Shown here: in pieces, positions 11,682 to 26,014 of the stretch
Layout of the letters: each line of letters begins with the position of its first letter
Numbering within the stretch: position 1 is the first letter of the stretch
Origin: Octopus vulgaris
Taxonomy: Eukaryota
NCBI GenBank assembly: GCA_951406725.2
Contig: OX597819.1
Coordinates: 114,700,001 to 114,764,000, forward strand
Length of the DNA: 64,000 nucleotides
Direction: 5' to 3'
Notes under the pieces: generated by a model
What the model was told of the DNA's origin: nothing
Database searches by the model: none
Seen by the model: the letters and a program-made list of their open reading frames with translations, nothing else
Made by a program: the position numbers and the translations under genes

Positions 11682-12730
11682 CAAAGGGCCTCTCAAAGTA
11701 AAAGGTAGACTGTATGATGCATGTGTACGAACAGCCATGCTACATGGCAGTGAAACATGGGCCGTGACTGCTGAGGACATGCGTAAGCTCACAGGGAATG
11801 AAGCCAGTATGCTCCGATGGATGTGTAATGTCAGTGTGCATACTCAACAGAGTGTTAGTACCTTGAGAGAAAAGTTGGGCCTAAGAAGCATCAGATGTGG
11901 TGTGCAAGAGAGACGACTGTGCTGGTATGGCCATGTGGTGAGAATGGATGTGGATAGCTGTGTGAAAAAGTGCTACATCCTAGCAGTTGAAGGAACCTGT
12001 GGAAGAGGTAGACTCAGGAAGACTTGGGATGAGGTGGTGAAGCATGACCTTCGAACCTTGGGCCTCACCGAGGCAATGACTAGTGACTTTGGAAATATGC
12101 TGTGCTTGAGAAGACTTGGCAAGCTCAAGTGAGATCATAACCTGGTGACCTATGCTAGGGGTGTAACCAGCCGACTTCTGCATACCTTTCCTTCATTGGA
12201 CACTAAACTCTGCTTGCAAAGACCTGTTGAGGCAAGTGAAATCAAAATCGAAATCAAATTCAATGATTGGCATCCATGCTAGTGGAGCGCTAAGAGTACC
12301 ATATAAGCGTGATCGTTGCCAGAGCAACAAGCTAGCCTCTGTGCTGGTGGCACGTAAAAAGCACCATTTAAGTGTGATCATTACCTGCATCGCCTTACTG
12401 GCACTTGTGCTGGTGGCACGTGAAAAAACATTCTAGCAAGGTCGTTGCCAGTGCTGTTGGACTGGTTCCTGTGCAGGTGGCACATAAAAAGCACCATCTG
12501 AGTGTGGCCGCTGCCAGTACCACCTGACTGGCCCTCGTGCCAGTGGCACATAAAAGCACCCACTACACTCTCGGAGTGGTTGGTGTTAGGAAGGGCATCC
12601 AGCTGTAGAAACTCTGCCAGATCAGATTGGAATCTGGTGCAGCCATCTGGTTTGCCAGACCTCAGTCAAATCATTCAACCCATGCTAGCATGGAAAGCAG
12701 ACGTTAAACGATAATGATGATGATGATGAT
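11682..12730 (+). mobile_element. 5'-truncated RTE LINE with 3' UTR
   Basis: ORF 11665-12132 nearly identical to 6239-6703; (GAT)n tail. Confidence 0.9.
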
Positions 12731-12851
12731 ATAGGACGGATTTCTTTCAGTTTCCATCAACTAAATCTACTGATATGGCATTGGTTGACTGAAGGCTAGA
12801 GTAGAAGACACTTGCCCATGGTTCCATATGGTTGGGAAGCAACTTTGTTAG

Positions 12852-12897
<46 letters not shown>

Positions 12898-13111
12898 TAG
12901 CTTAAGGTCACCCGCTCTACGCACAGGTAAGAGTGTGGTTGTTACTTTCTGTTTTTTGTCACCACATCCTTTCTCTCTCACTTTCCCACTCTCTTACTCT
13001 TCCTTTCTCTCGGACTATTCAATGTCAGTGTAGGTGATGGCTGCTGCCTTTCCCTGCAAGGTTGCATGGTTGAAGAAATCAGCTGGGCTTTTTTTATCTG
13101 CATGTATATAC

Positions 13112-13142
<31 letters not shown>

Positions 13143-13473
13143 CATACACTCACACATACACACATAATAGTGTAAGAGATAAGAGATTCCTCCAAAATTT
13201 TTGGGGCCCATGACACTGCATGGACCCTAAGTAAAACATGTAAAATTTTAATGAAATCAGTTTGGTAGTTCTTGAGCTTTAGTGATGCACACATAGACAC
13301 ACAGACAGACAGATAGACAGACATACATTCTCAGTTTTATATATATTAGATATATGTTTATTCACTTGTGTATATATAAGATTATATATGTATGCATTAA
13401 TACAAAACACTATTACATATCATATTTTTGTGTTTTGATTTTAGTCCATTTTTGATTTTCTTTTATATTCCAG

Positions 13474-13542
13474 TTACCTTGGTGATGGGCGGTTCCATCT
13501 GGAGTCTGCAATGATTGCTAATCCGCATATAACTGCTTACAG
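13474..13542 (+). CDS. DPH1: DPH1 internal coding exon (first visible in window)
   Basis: TTCCAG acceptor, encodes [24 protein letters not shown]|GT donor; matches the conserved DPH1 motif [11 protein letters not shown]. Confidence 0.95.
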
Positions 13543-13975
13543 GTGCTATACTTTTACTAAATTACTGTATTTCTGCATGTACCGAACTTTGTCACAGTGT
13601 GTGAATTTAATACTAAATGGCCGAAAATATAACCAAATGGTTAAGATATTAATTTTACAATCTTGTTTGAGAATTGAACTTCTCAACCATTGAACTTCTT
13701 GAAACCTGGAAGAATTGTCTTGGGTCATCTCAAGAAATATGAGAGTAGGTAGACAGAAACTGTGCTGAAGTCCATTGGGTGGTCTATGTCTGTAATTCAA
13801 AGGGCCAGCAATATCAGACATGATACTATGTGAGAATTATGCCAAGGGTGTGTAGCTGTCTGTTGACTAAGCTACTATGATACAGTAATCTTTGAGTCAG
13901 TAATGACTGCTCAACTAATTGACAATGGGAATACTTATTGTTGAAGCCAACATGTATGTGTGTGAGTGAGATATA

Positions 13976-14025
<50 letters not shown>

Positions 14026-14050
14026 TGTTATAAAATGCAGAATATAGGTT

Positions 14051-14090
<40 letters not shown>

Positions 14091-14422
14091 AATAATATAT
14101 AAACTATATGTATGTGTATGAGTGTTGATCATAGATTTATTCTATTAACTCGAATGCCTTTGATAATAGAGTAGATCCCTGATGAAAAGCACTGTGGTTG
14201 TGACTTTCCATCTTTTTGCAGACATTGTCTATTAAATTTCTAAGACTACATTTCTCATGTGTCTTGCATGATAGGGTGTGATTTGAGGGAGGTTTAACTT
14301 GTTGTTTTTTTTTACCTGCTCAATGCAAAAGCTAAATCTCTCTTAACATACTGTCAAACATTAAGAAAAGGGACCACATAATCCAGAAAGGAAACTTCTG
14401 TGTACTCCCTCAACTTGCTTAA

Positions 14423-14652
14423 CCCTTTCGTTACTGTATTTATTTTGTGATGCTCTGTGTTTCTTTCAATTAATTTTAAATTAATTTTAAATATAGCAAA
14501 GACTTTAGTAAAATAACTTAGTTATCATTCAGCTAGTGTTAGGAACATAAATTGTGACTAATGTTTGGTAGATTTTAATTCAAAACTTATGAAAACAAGA
14601 CATTTGTACTATAGAGCCAGGGCCAGTTCCAGCCGGGTTGGTAACAAAAGGA
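14423..14652. mobile_element. piggyBac-like MITE
   Basis: TTAA|CCCTTTCGTTAC ... GTAACAAAAGGA|TTAA: TTAA on both sides with imperfect TIRs. Confidence 0.75.
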
Positions 14653-15530
14653 TTAACAGAGCATTCAAAACTCAGTCAACAGACAACTCACTTTGAATTA
14701 AGATGTCACATGATCAAGAAGAGTGGGAACTTAACTTGTGGCTTATGAACTAACTATACATCTGAATATAGTAGCTAACCTGTTAAAAGTAGCAATCAAA
14801 TGCTCCATCAATGAATTTTTAATCAAATTTAAAATGGAAACCACTTCCTAAATATTTATTTAGAAAAATAATACTACAGTAAAAATGGAATAGTCATTGT
14901 CTGAACGCTAATGGAATTTTTACTTGCTATGTTATATTGGTTCAAGACATAAAGATGAAAACTTCAGTATGGACATGACAATAATATAAAGATAATCTGA
15001 GCAACATGAAGTGAAGTGTTTTGCTCAAAAACACAACAGACCACCTGGTCCAGGAATCAAAAGCATGATCTTGTTATTATGGGTGCAATAACCCAACCAC
15101 TAGGCCAAGGGCCTTCACAAAGAGATCATGAGACAGTTTGCTGGTGGCACGTAAAAAGCACCCACTACACTCTTGGAGTGGTTGGCGTTAGGAAGGGCAT
15201 CTAGCTGTAGAAACTCTGCCAAATCAAGATTGGAGCCTGGTGCAACCATCTGGTTTGCCAGCCCTCAGTCAAAATCATCGAACCCATGCTAACATGGAAA
15301 GTGGATGTTAAACGATGATGATGATGATGATTGTCTTTGAGTAAACTATGAACATGATATTAATTTTCCCTTTTCAAATATAATATATGGCCAGATTGCT
15401 TGATAAGAATTTGAATTCAGTATATGCTAGTAGCAAGTTTTTGTCTAGCACTGTATGTGTATATGGGTGTATGGTGGTGGTGGGGGTTGTTGTTACAAGC
15501 TATAATCTGTTTTATTTACCTATTTTGCAG

Positions 15531-15687
15531 GTATGATCCTTACAGTAAGGTATTTTCAAAGGAACATTATGACCATTCCAAGATGAAAGAGGTACGGCAA
15601 GATGCCATCAAAGGTGCCAGTAAAGCACAAATGATTGGTATAATATTAGGCACATTGGGAAGGCAAGGATCTCCAAAAATTCTTCAG
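15531..15687 (+). CDS. DPH1: DPH1 coding exon
   Basis: TTTTGCAG acceptor; [18 protein letters not shown]...[17 protein letters not shown]; GTAAGA donor; phases match neighbours. Confidence 0.96.
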
Positions 15688-16559
15688 GTAAGAGATGTAA
15701 ATATAATCAGTAAAAATGACAGTGTCAATATAATTCAGCACAAATTGGAGTAGAAACAAAATAATGAGATGGATATCAAAATTAGATCAAACCATTATAA
15801 TGAGACTTTAACTATATATTATACCCTTGTTATCATTAGCCTCAGATCAATCCAGATTAAACAAACCCGTAATCAAAAACATTCCATCCTATCTTTTATT
15901 TAGACATAGTGTATCTAGAAATATATCCTGTGATATTTTTAAAAGTTCTAGAATGAGTTGACTACAAATTCTATAAGGTCCATAGAAACTCTCTTGGTTA
16001 AGACTTTTTCATTGACTTCAGGAATCTCCCTTATCACATGTATTCAAAGAGCTAGTTGCCTAAAATAATTAGTAATACATTATATTTGTTATGCTTGGAA
16101 ATTTCATAGCAATTATTGTTAACTTGTTACTCTGTTTGTTTGTTTGTTTGTTTGTTTTTTTAGATTCAACGCTAATTAACATCCTGTTCTTGTTTGTACA
16201 ACTACAATCATGTTTATGGGATAGTTTTCAGTGATGATATCATAAAATATGTGAAAATCTATTTTACATTCTGTAGATAACTTGTTAAGTTTTATCAAAA
16301 ACTGTTTCAATTCTCTATCTTGAATTTCAAAGAAGCAAGTGACTTGAAGCATAAGAGAACTGCAATTTTGTTTAAAGTCTAGACACTACTGCATTGAAAG
16401 CTTGTGCAATCATAAATATACAGGTGTGAGAAATATTTATGTGTGATTTAGAAACTGGTATTACCTGATTGTATTGTGGTTTGAAAATTACTGGAGAATT
16501 TGTTTGTAGAAAAGATATGGGATGATATTTAGAAATTTGACTTTTCTAAGTATCATTTG

Positions 16560-17520
16560 ATTAAGAAATCACTTTCAGGTGACATGCAAAAGCTCAGGCA
16601 ACCAAACTTCTTATCAAAAATGTCAGGAATGCTTTGTTATGTAGGAGTACAGATGGTTGAGTATGAAAAACAAACTCCAAAAGGATCAAAATTCTTATTG
16701 ACAATGTGTTGTTGGCTGTTATAATAACTTTTTATGTTTCTTTAATGAACACATGGTAAAATTTATTCAATTCCCTGACAGATAGTAAAGCAAAAATTAT
16801 GTTTGTGTTTCTGCAGACTATCAACTGTATTATTCAAAAAAACATGTTTGAGGATATAGCAGGTTTACATTTGATGAAACTACTGACATATCTGTCAACA
16901 AATACCACATTCTGTCTTGTATATTCAAATGTGAAACTATGCATAAAACATTTTTGGTGGAATAGTAATCCACCAAAACGCAAGTGTGTTATGCTTCTGT
17001 TGTTTCAGTGATCAAACATTTTAATGAAGAGCAGAAATTGATACTCCATAAATGGTGATATTGAGTTCTAATGACATGTCAGTAATTGGTGGGTGATGTA
17101 TGCTGATTCGATAATGTTCCAGCTTGATCAAAACAGGATATTCCGCACCTAATTTCTCAACACTGCCCAGCACACTAGTCATGTTAATGAGTTTGAAACT
17201 TTAATAAGAATAATCTGTTGTTTCCTTGATCTATAAATAAAACATGCAATATTTAAATTGTTCTCTGAAAATGAAGTCATTGCTTTCTCATATCATTTAA
17301 TAAAGTCAGATGATTATGTAGATACTTTGCTTTGCAGAAAATAATAAACATTTATGAGCCACTGATTATATACTTTGAAGAAGATAAGTTAAATCTTCTT
17401 GTAACCAAATACTGTCACATGAAACATCCTATACAGGTTTTAAAAAATATCTCTGAAGAATTGCCTACATTATGTAAAATTCTGCAAAAGAGTGGCCTTA
17501 CAACAATTGATTCATTTTAG
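16560..17520 (+). mobile_element. Highly decayed hAT-type transposase remnant
   Basis: QDIPHLISQHCPAH near 17134-17175 matches the hAT HCxAH motif; flanking broken ORFs. Confidence 0.45.
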
Positions 17521-17727
17521 TTTGCAAGACTGACATTTTATGTGCAACATTTCTTTAGTTAGAAAATATCTTCAGTCCCACTGTGTGTATGTGCATGTAT
17601 CTTTGCCTTAACAGGATAAGAAAGCAGTATCGAGGAGACAATGTTTCATGGAGTGATAAAGTTTAAATTTTTCTAAGCTAACAATGTGAAAAGAACATAC
17701 TGGTAGATATGCTTACTGTTGGTTTTC

Positions 17728-18122
17728 ATCATCATCATCGTTTAACATCCGTTTTCCACGCTAGCACGGGTTGGACGGTTCGACTGGGGTCTGGGAAGCC
17801 AGAAGGCTGCACCAGGCTCCAGTCTGATCTGGCAGTGTTTCTACAGCTGGATGCCCTTCCTAACGCCAACCACTCCGTGAGTGTAGTGGGTGCTTTTTAC
17901 GTGTCAGACGAGGCTGGCAAACAGCCACGATTGGATGGTGCTTTTTATGTGCCACCAGCACGGAGGCCAGTCAGGGCGGCGCTGGCTACGGCCACGTTCG
18001 GATTGTTCTCTTACGTGCCCCCGGCACTGGTATTACAGCTACAAATTCCATTGATGTTGATTGATTACGATTTTAATTTTCACTTGCCTCAACAGGTCTT
18101 CACAAGTAGAGTTTTGTGTCCC
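17728..18122 (-). mobile_element. RTE 3' tail fragment
   Basis: Reverse copy of the (GAT)n-tailed RTE terminus. Confidence 0.85.
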
Positions 18123-18567
18123 AAATATATATATATGACAGATTTCTTTCAGTTTCTCTTTGCATAATCCATTCACAAGGCTTTGGTTAGCCTATAGCTG
18201 TAGCAGAGAGTAGAGGACACTTGCCCAAGGTGCTACACAGTGAGACTGAATCTGGAACCACATGGCTGGGAAGCAAACTTCTTGCACCTGCAAGAAGTCA
18301 ATCAGCCAGGTACAAATAGCAGCCAAATCTTACATAACTCTCACCACATTACTGTTTTTTTTGTTTTTTTTTAAATGGGCACATAGGTTAATGCATTCTG
18401 AGATACTGTATCTAGAATAAGGGCTGGGTGGTCACAGCTGGAACACTTTTCAACACAGGTTTTGGGCTCAGGGTTGACCTGACTGAAACAACAATAGTTA
18501 CTTTTTGGTACCCCATCCAATATGATATTTTAAACAGCTTCTCCAAACCTCTTCGATCTACTTACAG

Positions 18568-18668
18568 ACTCTTGAAGAATCATTGCAGAATGTTGGTAAA
18601 AAATGCTTCACAGTACTTCTCTCTGAAATATATCCAGACAAGCTGAAACTCTTCCACAATGTAGATGC
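18568..18668 (+). CDS. DPH1: DPH1 coding exon (not shown in ORF track)
   Basis: CTTACAG acceptor; TLEESLQNVGKKCFTVLLSEIYPDKLKLFHNVD; GC|GTAAGT donor; LLSEIxPxKL motif; 101 nt, phase-compatible. Confidence 0.95.
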
Positions 18669-20400
18669 GTAAGTAGGAGATTTTGTTATTTTATACTGTT
18701 TATTTTTTAATATCTTTTGTATAATTTCACATCTTTCCTTTATTTTCTGTAATTATTTCAGTTCTAATCATATACAGTCCAACCTGTGTAAGCAGGGAAA
18801 AGTGGACATTAAAATGATGACAATTATGTTGATGATTCCATTTCTAATTAATCACATGCAGGAGTGGCTGTGTAGTAAGAAGCTTGCTTCCCAACCACAT
18901 GGTTCCAGGTTCAGTCCCACTGCATGGCACCTTGGATTATTAACCTGGAGACTATAGATAACTTCCAGAATTCCCTGGCCTAGCAGTGTTACTCAGCGGG
19001 GTATTGTCAGTTCATGATAAACTCTGAAGGTATAGTAGTACCATACCTGCAGGTATGGTAGTACCATTTGTGAGGTCTGTCTGAGATGCATTTTACTAGC
19101 GTTTATGGAGTAATGTCAAACAGCTGTTGTGTGTAGGACAGATCTCATTATTAGCTGATTACATCATGAGGATCATTTCATCACCTTCATTTGGCTGGGG
19201 AAGGCAGGCAGCATTCCTTTGTCTGGTAGTCATGACAAAAGAAATTGCAAGGAATACTAAATGAAAAGGACTGAAGACAGACATTTACCTCTTTGGCCTG
19301 ATCTGTATCAACTTCTTTAGGTTTCAATTGGAGAAGGAGATGCTTCCCTCCAGTAAACTTACTCAAAGATGTGTGAGAATGGCATTAATAGCCTGAGTAA
19401 TTGGGGCTACTCTTGGTATATGCCTGTCAGCCAGAGAACACAGATGGAAGAGGTCACTTCCATCTGAATTTGTAACATTTCTTGATTGTTCATCATTGAT
19501 TGTCCCTCTATCATGCTGTTTCCTTTCATTCATTTTGTATACTTTTGTTTTCAAGGGGTTTTTTCCTGATTCTGTAAAAACTTTTTTGTAATTTGTCCTT
19601 GTATTATCCCTTCATCTGTTGCCCTTGTAACAAATTATTATAATTATTGGTAAGCTAACAGAATCATTAGCATGCGGAACAAAATGCTGCTTGGTGGCAT
19701 TATGTCTGCATTTATGTTCTGAGTTCAAATTCCACCTCAGTTGACTTTGCCTTTCATCCTTTCAGGGTCAATGAAATAAGTTCTAGTTATGCCCATTTGT
19801 GCACTGGGGTCAATGTAATTGACTGTCCTCTTCCCCTAAAACATTCCAAGCCTTGAGCCTTTTATAGAAAAGATTGTGATTGTTATTATTTCAGTTCAGA
19901 ATATAAAGTGCTGGCTAAAAAGCTGCTAAGCATTTTGTCTGACATGCTAACAATTCTGCCAGCTCACTGCTTTAATAAATTAATTATGATACTAATTATT
20001 GAAGAAGTACATTGAATTAAATTGGCTATGCTGCCTGTTTGGTACTTATTTTATCAACTGTGGAAGCCTCAATGTAGTAAATTCCCCTCAAATCACACTC
20101 TACTTATAAAGGGAAGGATGCATTAGAGAATGTAGTCTTACATATTGTTAAAAGGAGAGGATGATCCTGGTGAGAATGCCTTTGATCAGGGTTTGCCTGG
20201 AATTAAAAAACACTGACAAGTTGTTTGGCTGTAAAATAAAGTTGACTGTGGAATGAATTGAACTCAGAGTGTTAATCAGCGAAACAAAACAATAACAACA
20301 ACAATGCTATCTGAAACCTTTTGTTTCCTTTCCTTTCTCTTCTTCACCTTCTCTTTAAGAATTTGAATTCTTTATTTCTTATTTTTTTCTATTTACGTAG

Positions 20401-20479
20401 GTGGGTGCAGATAGCTTGTCCTCGTCTTTCTATAGACTGGGGTTTGGCCTTTGAGAAACCAGTTTTAACGCCATACGAG
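20401..20479 (+). CDS. DPH1: DPH1 coding exon
   Basis: Polypyrimidine tract plus TAG; [26 protein letters not shown] (Fe-S ligand Cys in [10 protein letters not shown]); GTGAGT donor. Confidence 0.97.
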
Positions 20480-20869
20480 GTGAGTTGAGAGTTGTATTTC
20501 TCAGAAAAGGCTTTGATTTTCATGCTCTTGTATATTAAAGGAGTTTTCATTTTCATTTTAACATTAATTTTGTTGTTTGCTTGGGTCAACAGATCTCCTT
20601 GTTGCCAACTCTCACATGTTTCTAAGCCAGGTAATATTTTATCACAACTGAACATGTTTTCACAAAGATTGGAAATGAATGACATCACCTGTGTGATGGT
20701 GACACTTGGTTGCACCTATCATGCAATATCTAAACAAGGAGAGACAGACAAACACACACACACACACTATACACATATACACACATACAATGGGCTTTTT
20801 TCAGTTCCCTTCTGTGAACTCCACTCATAATGTTTTAATCAGCCTGGGGTTTTAGTAGAAGACAGTCCA

Positions 20870-22080
20870 GAAAGTTCTGATTGTTTTTTTAGTTAAACCT
20901 TTTAACGCTTCATTGAACATGCCTGAAACAGTTAAAACTGGTATTGCTTGAAGTGGTAGTGCATCTCTTCTTTGTTCCTGACCAAAAATAGATTTACCTT
21001 TCATTCCAGTTACCCTTTATTGACATTTGAAATGGATAACTAAAAAATTCATATTCACGTCCTAATGCTTTTCATTTTTAAAAAAGGAGAAAATGCTGCA
21101 AAATCATTTGTGAAGTTTATGGGGATGATGCTGTAAGTGAATCAACTGTTTAAAGGTGGGTTGCAAAATTTCAAGCTGGAGAGTTTAGCTTCAAAGATGA
21201 CAGTTGCAGTGGAAGATTTTCAAAATTGGATGAAGATGTTTTGAAAGCAAAACTCAAATAAACTTGCAGAGGAGTTGGAAGTTTCTATTAGTACAGCTCA
21301 TGAACACCCAATGAAGCTAAGATACATTTCTCACTACAATGTGTGGGTCCCTCAAAAACTTACAGAAAAGAATTGCTTGGACCAGTTTTCCATTTGTAAT
21401 ATGCTTTTGAAACAGGATGAAAGCATGCCTTTTTTGAAACAACTTGTGACTGGAAAATGGGTTGTGTACGAAAATGTAGTGCGAAAAGATCCTGGTGTTT
21501 ATGTAAGGATGCTCCAAAACAGCAACCAAAGATGAATATCTATGCCAAAAAAGCTATGCTTTGTGTTTGATGGGATCATAAAGGCATTATTTATTATGAG
21601 CTTCTTCCACAAAACCTGAACATTAATTCTTATGTGTACTATTGTAAACTGGCTAATTTGAGCCAAAAATTCAAAGAATTGAGGTTGAAAATTGCCAACA
21701 TGAAAGGGGTGGTGTCCCAACAAGATAATACCAACCACATGTGTCTTTGGCTCACCAAACAAAGTTACATGAACTTGGCTGGGATCTCTTACCCCAACCA
21801 CCATATTCTCCTGATCTTGTGCCAGCCGACTACTGCTTGTTTTTGTCTTTGTGCAGAACTCATTGCAAGGAAAAACATTTAGTGATTTAGATGGAGTCAA
21901 AATGCATCACGATAATGTTTTTTCTTTAAAACCAGTCAAATTTTATGCTCATGGAATATTTAAATTGCTTGATAGTTGGACAAAGGTCATTGATAATAAT
22001 GGAAATTATTTCATTGAATAAAATTTATTAAAAGGTCAATTATTTATATCCCTTTTTGCATATTAAATGACGCTCAGAAC
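20870..22080 (+). mobile_element. Decayed mariner (Mos1/Hsmar-like) transposon
   Basis: Remnants FKKGENAAK, EVYGDDAVSESTV, WVPQKLTEKN, WDHKGIIYYELL, QQDN, PYSPDL; many stops. Confidence 0.85.
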
Positions 22081-22409
22081 TAGCCACACAATGTAATATT
22101 TATAGAATTTAGCTTATAAATATAAGTAATGTAAACTACAAAAATTTAATGAGTAATTCACTCTATAGTCAATAAGTGCAACATAGTTATCATGACTTAG
22201 ATTTAGAATTTTAGTTTCTAATTTCCACAGATTTTAAAATATTTTATTATTTTTATGATACACTTAACTACATTTTGTGGCACCCCAATTTGGAAACAAT
22301 TAGCATATGCTGCACCTGTGTGACCTCTGTATACGTGAATGTGTGTTTTAGGAGGGTATGCATGTATGTATGGCTGTATGGATTAATATGTAAAATCTGA
22401 AGACATCAA

Positions 22410-22778
22410 TCATCATCATCATCATTTAACGTCTGCTTTTCATGCTGGCATGGGTTGACGATTTGACTGGAACTGGTAAGCTGGAGACCTGCACCAGGTT
22501 CCAGTCTCTTTTGGCTCAGTTTCTATGGCTGGATGCCCTTCTTAATGCCAACCACTCCAAGAGTGTAATGGGTGCTTTTTATGGCATGGGTACCAGTAAT
22601 GTGACACTGGCAGCAGCCATGACTACGATTTCACTTGGCTTGACAAGTCTTCTCAAGCACAGCATTTCGCCAAAGGTCTTGGTCACTTGTCATTGCCTCC
22701 ATGAGACCCAACATTCGAAGATCATGTTTCACTACCTTGACCCATGTCTTCCTGGGTCTACCTCTTCCACAGGTTCCC
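22410..22778 (-). mobile_element. RTE 3' fragment
   Basis: Reverse RTE tail continuing into the GRPRKTW coding remnant. Confidence 0.8.
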
Positions 22779-23102
22779 ATTTAAGAAATGTTAACCATCA
22801 TAAACAAACATTACAATTCTATACCTAAGACAAAATTTCACTGTGTCATTTGACCTGATAGATATCGATGCAAAATCAGTGTCAAATCACATGCTACGCT
22901 AGGTATTTTAAAAAAAATAAGCCATATCAGATAATTTAATTCTTGTTATATTATATTTGAAAATAAGATAGGATGGTTATAGCTAGAATGCATTTGATAA
23001 TAAATTTTCTGAAATTATTTAATATTTAGTCAAACTGACTACTAAACTAAAACAACTTCAATACAATACCGTTTATTAAAATTTTTCTGTCTTTTCTTTC
23101 AG

Positions 23103-23285
23103 ATGTCTGTGGCTTTAGAGCAAACATCATGGCAGGATCGGTATCCAATGGATTTTTATGCTAATGACAGTCTTGGTCCATGGACTGTCAACAATGAGAA
23201 GCATCGGCCCATTCGTTCAGTGAGAAATCATCCAAGAGCCCCGATAAAGATTCAGTGTCAATCAGATTGTAAATGTAGTTCTTAA
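23103..23285 (+). CDS. DPH1: DPH1 terminal coding exon
   Basis: TTTCAG acceptor; [30 protein letters not shown]...CQSDCKCSS-stop; YPMDFY and LGPWT motifs; ATTAAA at 23291. Confidence 0.96.
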   Translation: MSVALEQTSWQDRYPMDFYANDSLGPWTVNNEKHRPIRSVRNHPRAPIKIQCQSDCKCSS

Positions 23286-23429
23286 TTTATATTAAAAATC
23301 TATTTATATTTTGAGATTTTTTTTTAAATATACAATGTTTTCTTCAGTCTTTCATACCACACCCACTTTGTTAGATTTTTCTGGAGATTTATTATAATTT
23401 CTTCAAAAAAATTTTGTCAATTCTTCTTT

Positions 23430-24250
23430 TACTTTTAATTCTTTGTGACCTTTCAGAGAGAGCTTTCTCTCAGCTTATTTCTAAGTTACTATTTACCTGG
23501 AGATCTGGACCAAACCGGACCCCAAGCAATTTGATTGATCTGTCTCTTAAGCATCTCATGACTCTGATAGATAGAAAGGACTTGCTTTGTGCCAAACTGT
23601 CCAACTTAGTCTGGTTAATTTTTGCTTCTGTCATTGCTTTGTATTCCTTTAAGATGATGCCAAGCACCTCGATTTTCATGGTGTCCAAAACTATGTCAGT
23701 AATGCTGTCCTCATAAGCCAATGCAGAACTTTACCATCCCAGTTCAAGCAAGACACTTTTCAGAACTTGAAGTTTCTGCAGTAGTGCCTAGAGCCAGTAG
23801 ATAAAGGAGAGATGAAAGCAGGCATCCTTGGTGGACCAAGCATGTCACAGTAAATGGTTCCAATAAGTAGGCATTTACTTGAACACTAAGCAGATGCCAC
23901 TGTACAATGTAGCAATCCAGCATCAGCATACAGGACCAAAATTGGTTGCCTTGAGGACAGCCACTGGGAATGATAGTCTAACCTACCAAAACCTTTGATC
24001 TAAATTGATCAAGGTCTTACTGAAATCTGTTTTTTTATCCGCTCTCTCTATGATGTGTTGCATGAGGTGGAGGCTGTCATGTATAGATCAGGATTGAGCA
24101 TGCTTGCATTTCCTGATTAAACTGACAAGCACCATCCTCTTTGCTAATACCTTGGTCAAGATTTGAAACTCTGCATTCAGTAGGGTTATGGGCTGAAAAA
24201 TTATCTATCAATCCTCTTTGTTAATTTCTTATCTCAGCAGTGCTACAGGA
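23430..24250 (-). mobile_element. Decayed L1/Tx1-type RT fragment
   Basis: Minus strand remnants NFQPITLLNAEFQILTKVLAKR, INLDQ, VHQGCLLSSLLYLLAL, SALAYED. Confidence 0.75.
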
Positions 24251-24309
24251 GAATTCTCAGTGTTGAGAGCCCTTCAGTTTACAGCACTGACAGCCTGCCA
24301 AGAAATTGC

Positions 24310-25555
24310 TTGGCAGGTTTGGGAAAAAGTAGGTATTACATAAGATCGAGAAAGGTGCCAAATTATGGATAGCATACAGACTCTATTTTGGAATGCCCAT
24401 GGGTGACCAGGACAAACCATGGTCCCTACATGTGATATGTGGAAGCTGCTGATCTACTCTAGAAGGATGGCTAAGAGGTACAGGAAGGCCAATGCCTTTT
24501 GCCATTCCAACGGTATGGAGAGAGCCAAAGAACCATCACGATGACTGTTACTTTTGTATGATCGATGTGACAAAGTACAGAAAAGTGAAAGGAAAACAAG
24601 CTCTTCAGTATCCATCATCTAGAGCACATGATGACAGTTTATGAGTACCACTACCACCAGAAAATATTTCATCTGAAGAGTAAACAAGTAGCAGCAGCCA
24701 AGAAATGAAGAAAGCTTTCGTACCAAGAACAGCTTTGGAGCCTCACTTTCCAAATCAGAGTGAGCTAGATGATTTAATCAGGGATCTGGGTCATCAAGGT
24801 TGAAGGAATGGAATCTACTGGGGGAAGACTGCAAGACATCTGTGTACCAGAAACGCCATGAAGAATTTGAAATTTACTATGAAAATATTAACGATCTGTG
24901 TTATGGTAAAGATGTGATTGGTTTGTTTACTGCTATTGGACTCAAGCATGATTCTGCAGAATGGCGACTGTTCATAGATAGCTCAACATGAAGTCTCAAA
25001 GCAGTGTTGCTTCACAATGGAAATAAATATCCTTCTTTGCCTCTTGCACACTCCGTACGGAAGAAAGAAAATTATGATAATGTCAAAGAACTTCTCTACA
25101 AAATAAATTATGCTGAGTTCAAGTGGGATGTTTGAGGTGATTTCAAAATGCTTGCCTTCTTGCTTGGCTTGCAAGGGGAATACACAAAGTATTCATGTTT
25201 CCTTTAATTATGGGACAGCAGAGCTGATGATGATCATTACAAGAGAGTACATTGGCCCCCACGAGTGGAACTGCAGCCAGGAATGTTAAATGTTTTTAAA
25301 CAGCCTCGAGTAGATTCCAACAAAATATTATCCCCACTTCATATCAAACTCAGATTGGTAAAACAGTTTGTGAAGGCCTTAGATTTTAGAGGAGAAGCTT
25401 TTCAAGAAATTTGTCTTATGTTTCCAAAGCTATCTGAGGCTAAGATCAAGGGTGGCATATTTGTTGGGCCCCAAGTAAATGCAATGTTGAAGTCGAAGAA
25501 ACTGGAAAGAGCAATGACAAAAGTTGAAAAAAAAGCTTGGTGTGCATTTCATGAT
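24310..25555 (+). mobile_element. Decayed CMC/Chapaev3-like DNA transposase
   Basis: MPFAIPTVWREPKNHHDDCYFC, EWRLFIDSS, LHIKLRLVKQFVKAL, FPKLSEAKIKGGIFVGPQ. Confidence 0.75.
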
Positions 25556-26014
25556 TTCCACATCCCGAGCAGAGAGTCAAGATAGACATTGGAGTTCACC
25601 TCTTGCTGTTTTTTTCACTTAGCATATTGTTTCCTGTTATTGCCACTAAATGCAGTGACAGTGGTGGTTGTGTACCTTATTTTAGTTTGGACCCTGAATG
25701 GGGAAAGTCTTCATCTGAAGATAAAAATGGAGGGGGCTACTTAGAAGCATGTTTCATCTTCCTCTCAAAATCATATCCCATGTCCCATCCAGTCGACTGA
25801 TTGTGATATATGGCCATTATCTTTTAAATTGATGTTTGCCAAGAACAAAAATTTTCAGAGTTTTTTTCTCCAGATTTTATCCCCAAAAGAGCAAAAAGCA
25901 AAAGAACCAACCATCCCAGTTGGATCTTAGGTAGCTTAACAAAAAAATATAAAAATCTTGAAATATATAAATAAATTCATGGACGTTTCCTGAGTATAAT
26001 AACAATAACTGCCA

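Noticed and set aside
19039-19060. 22 bp perfect palindrome TACCATACCTGCAGGTATGGTA
   Set aside because: Short and isolated; most likely a local repair scar.
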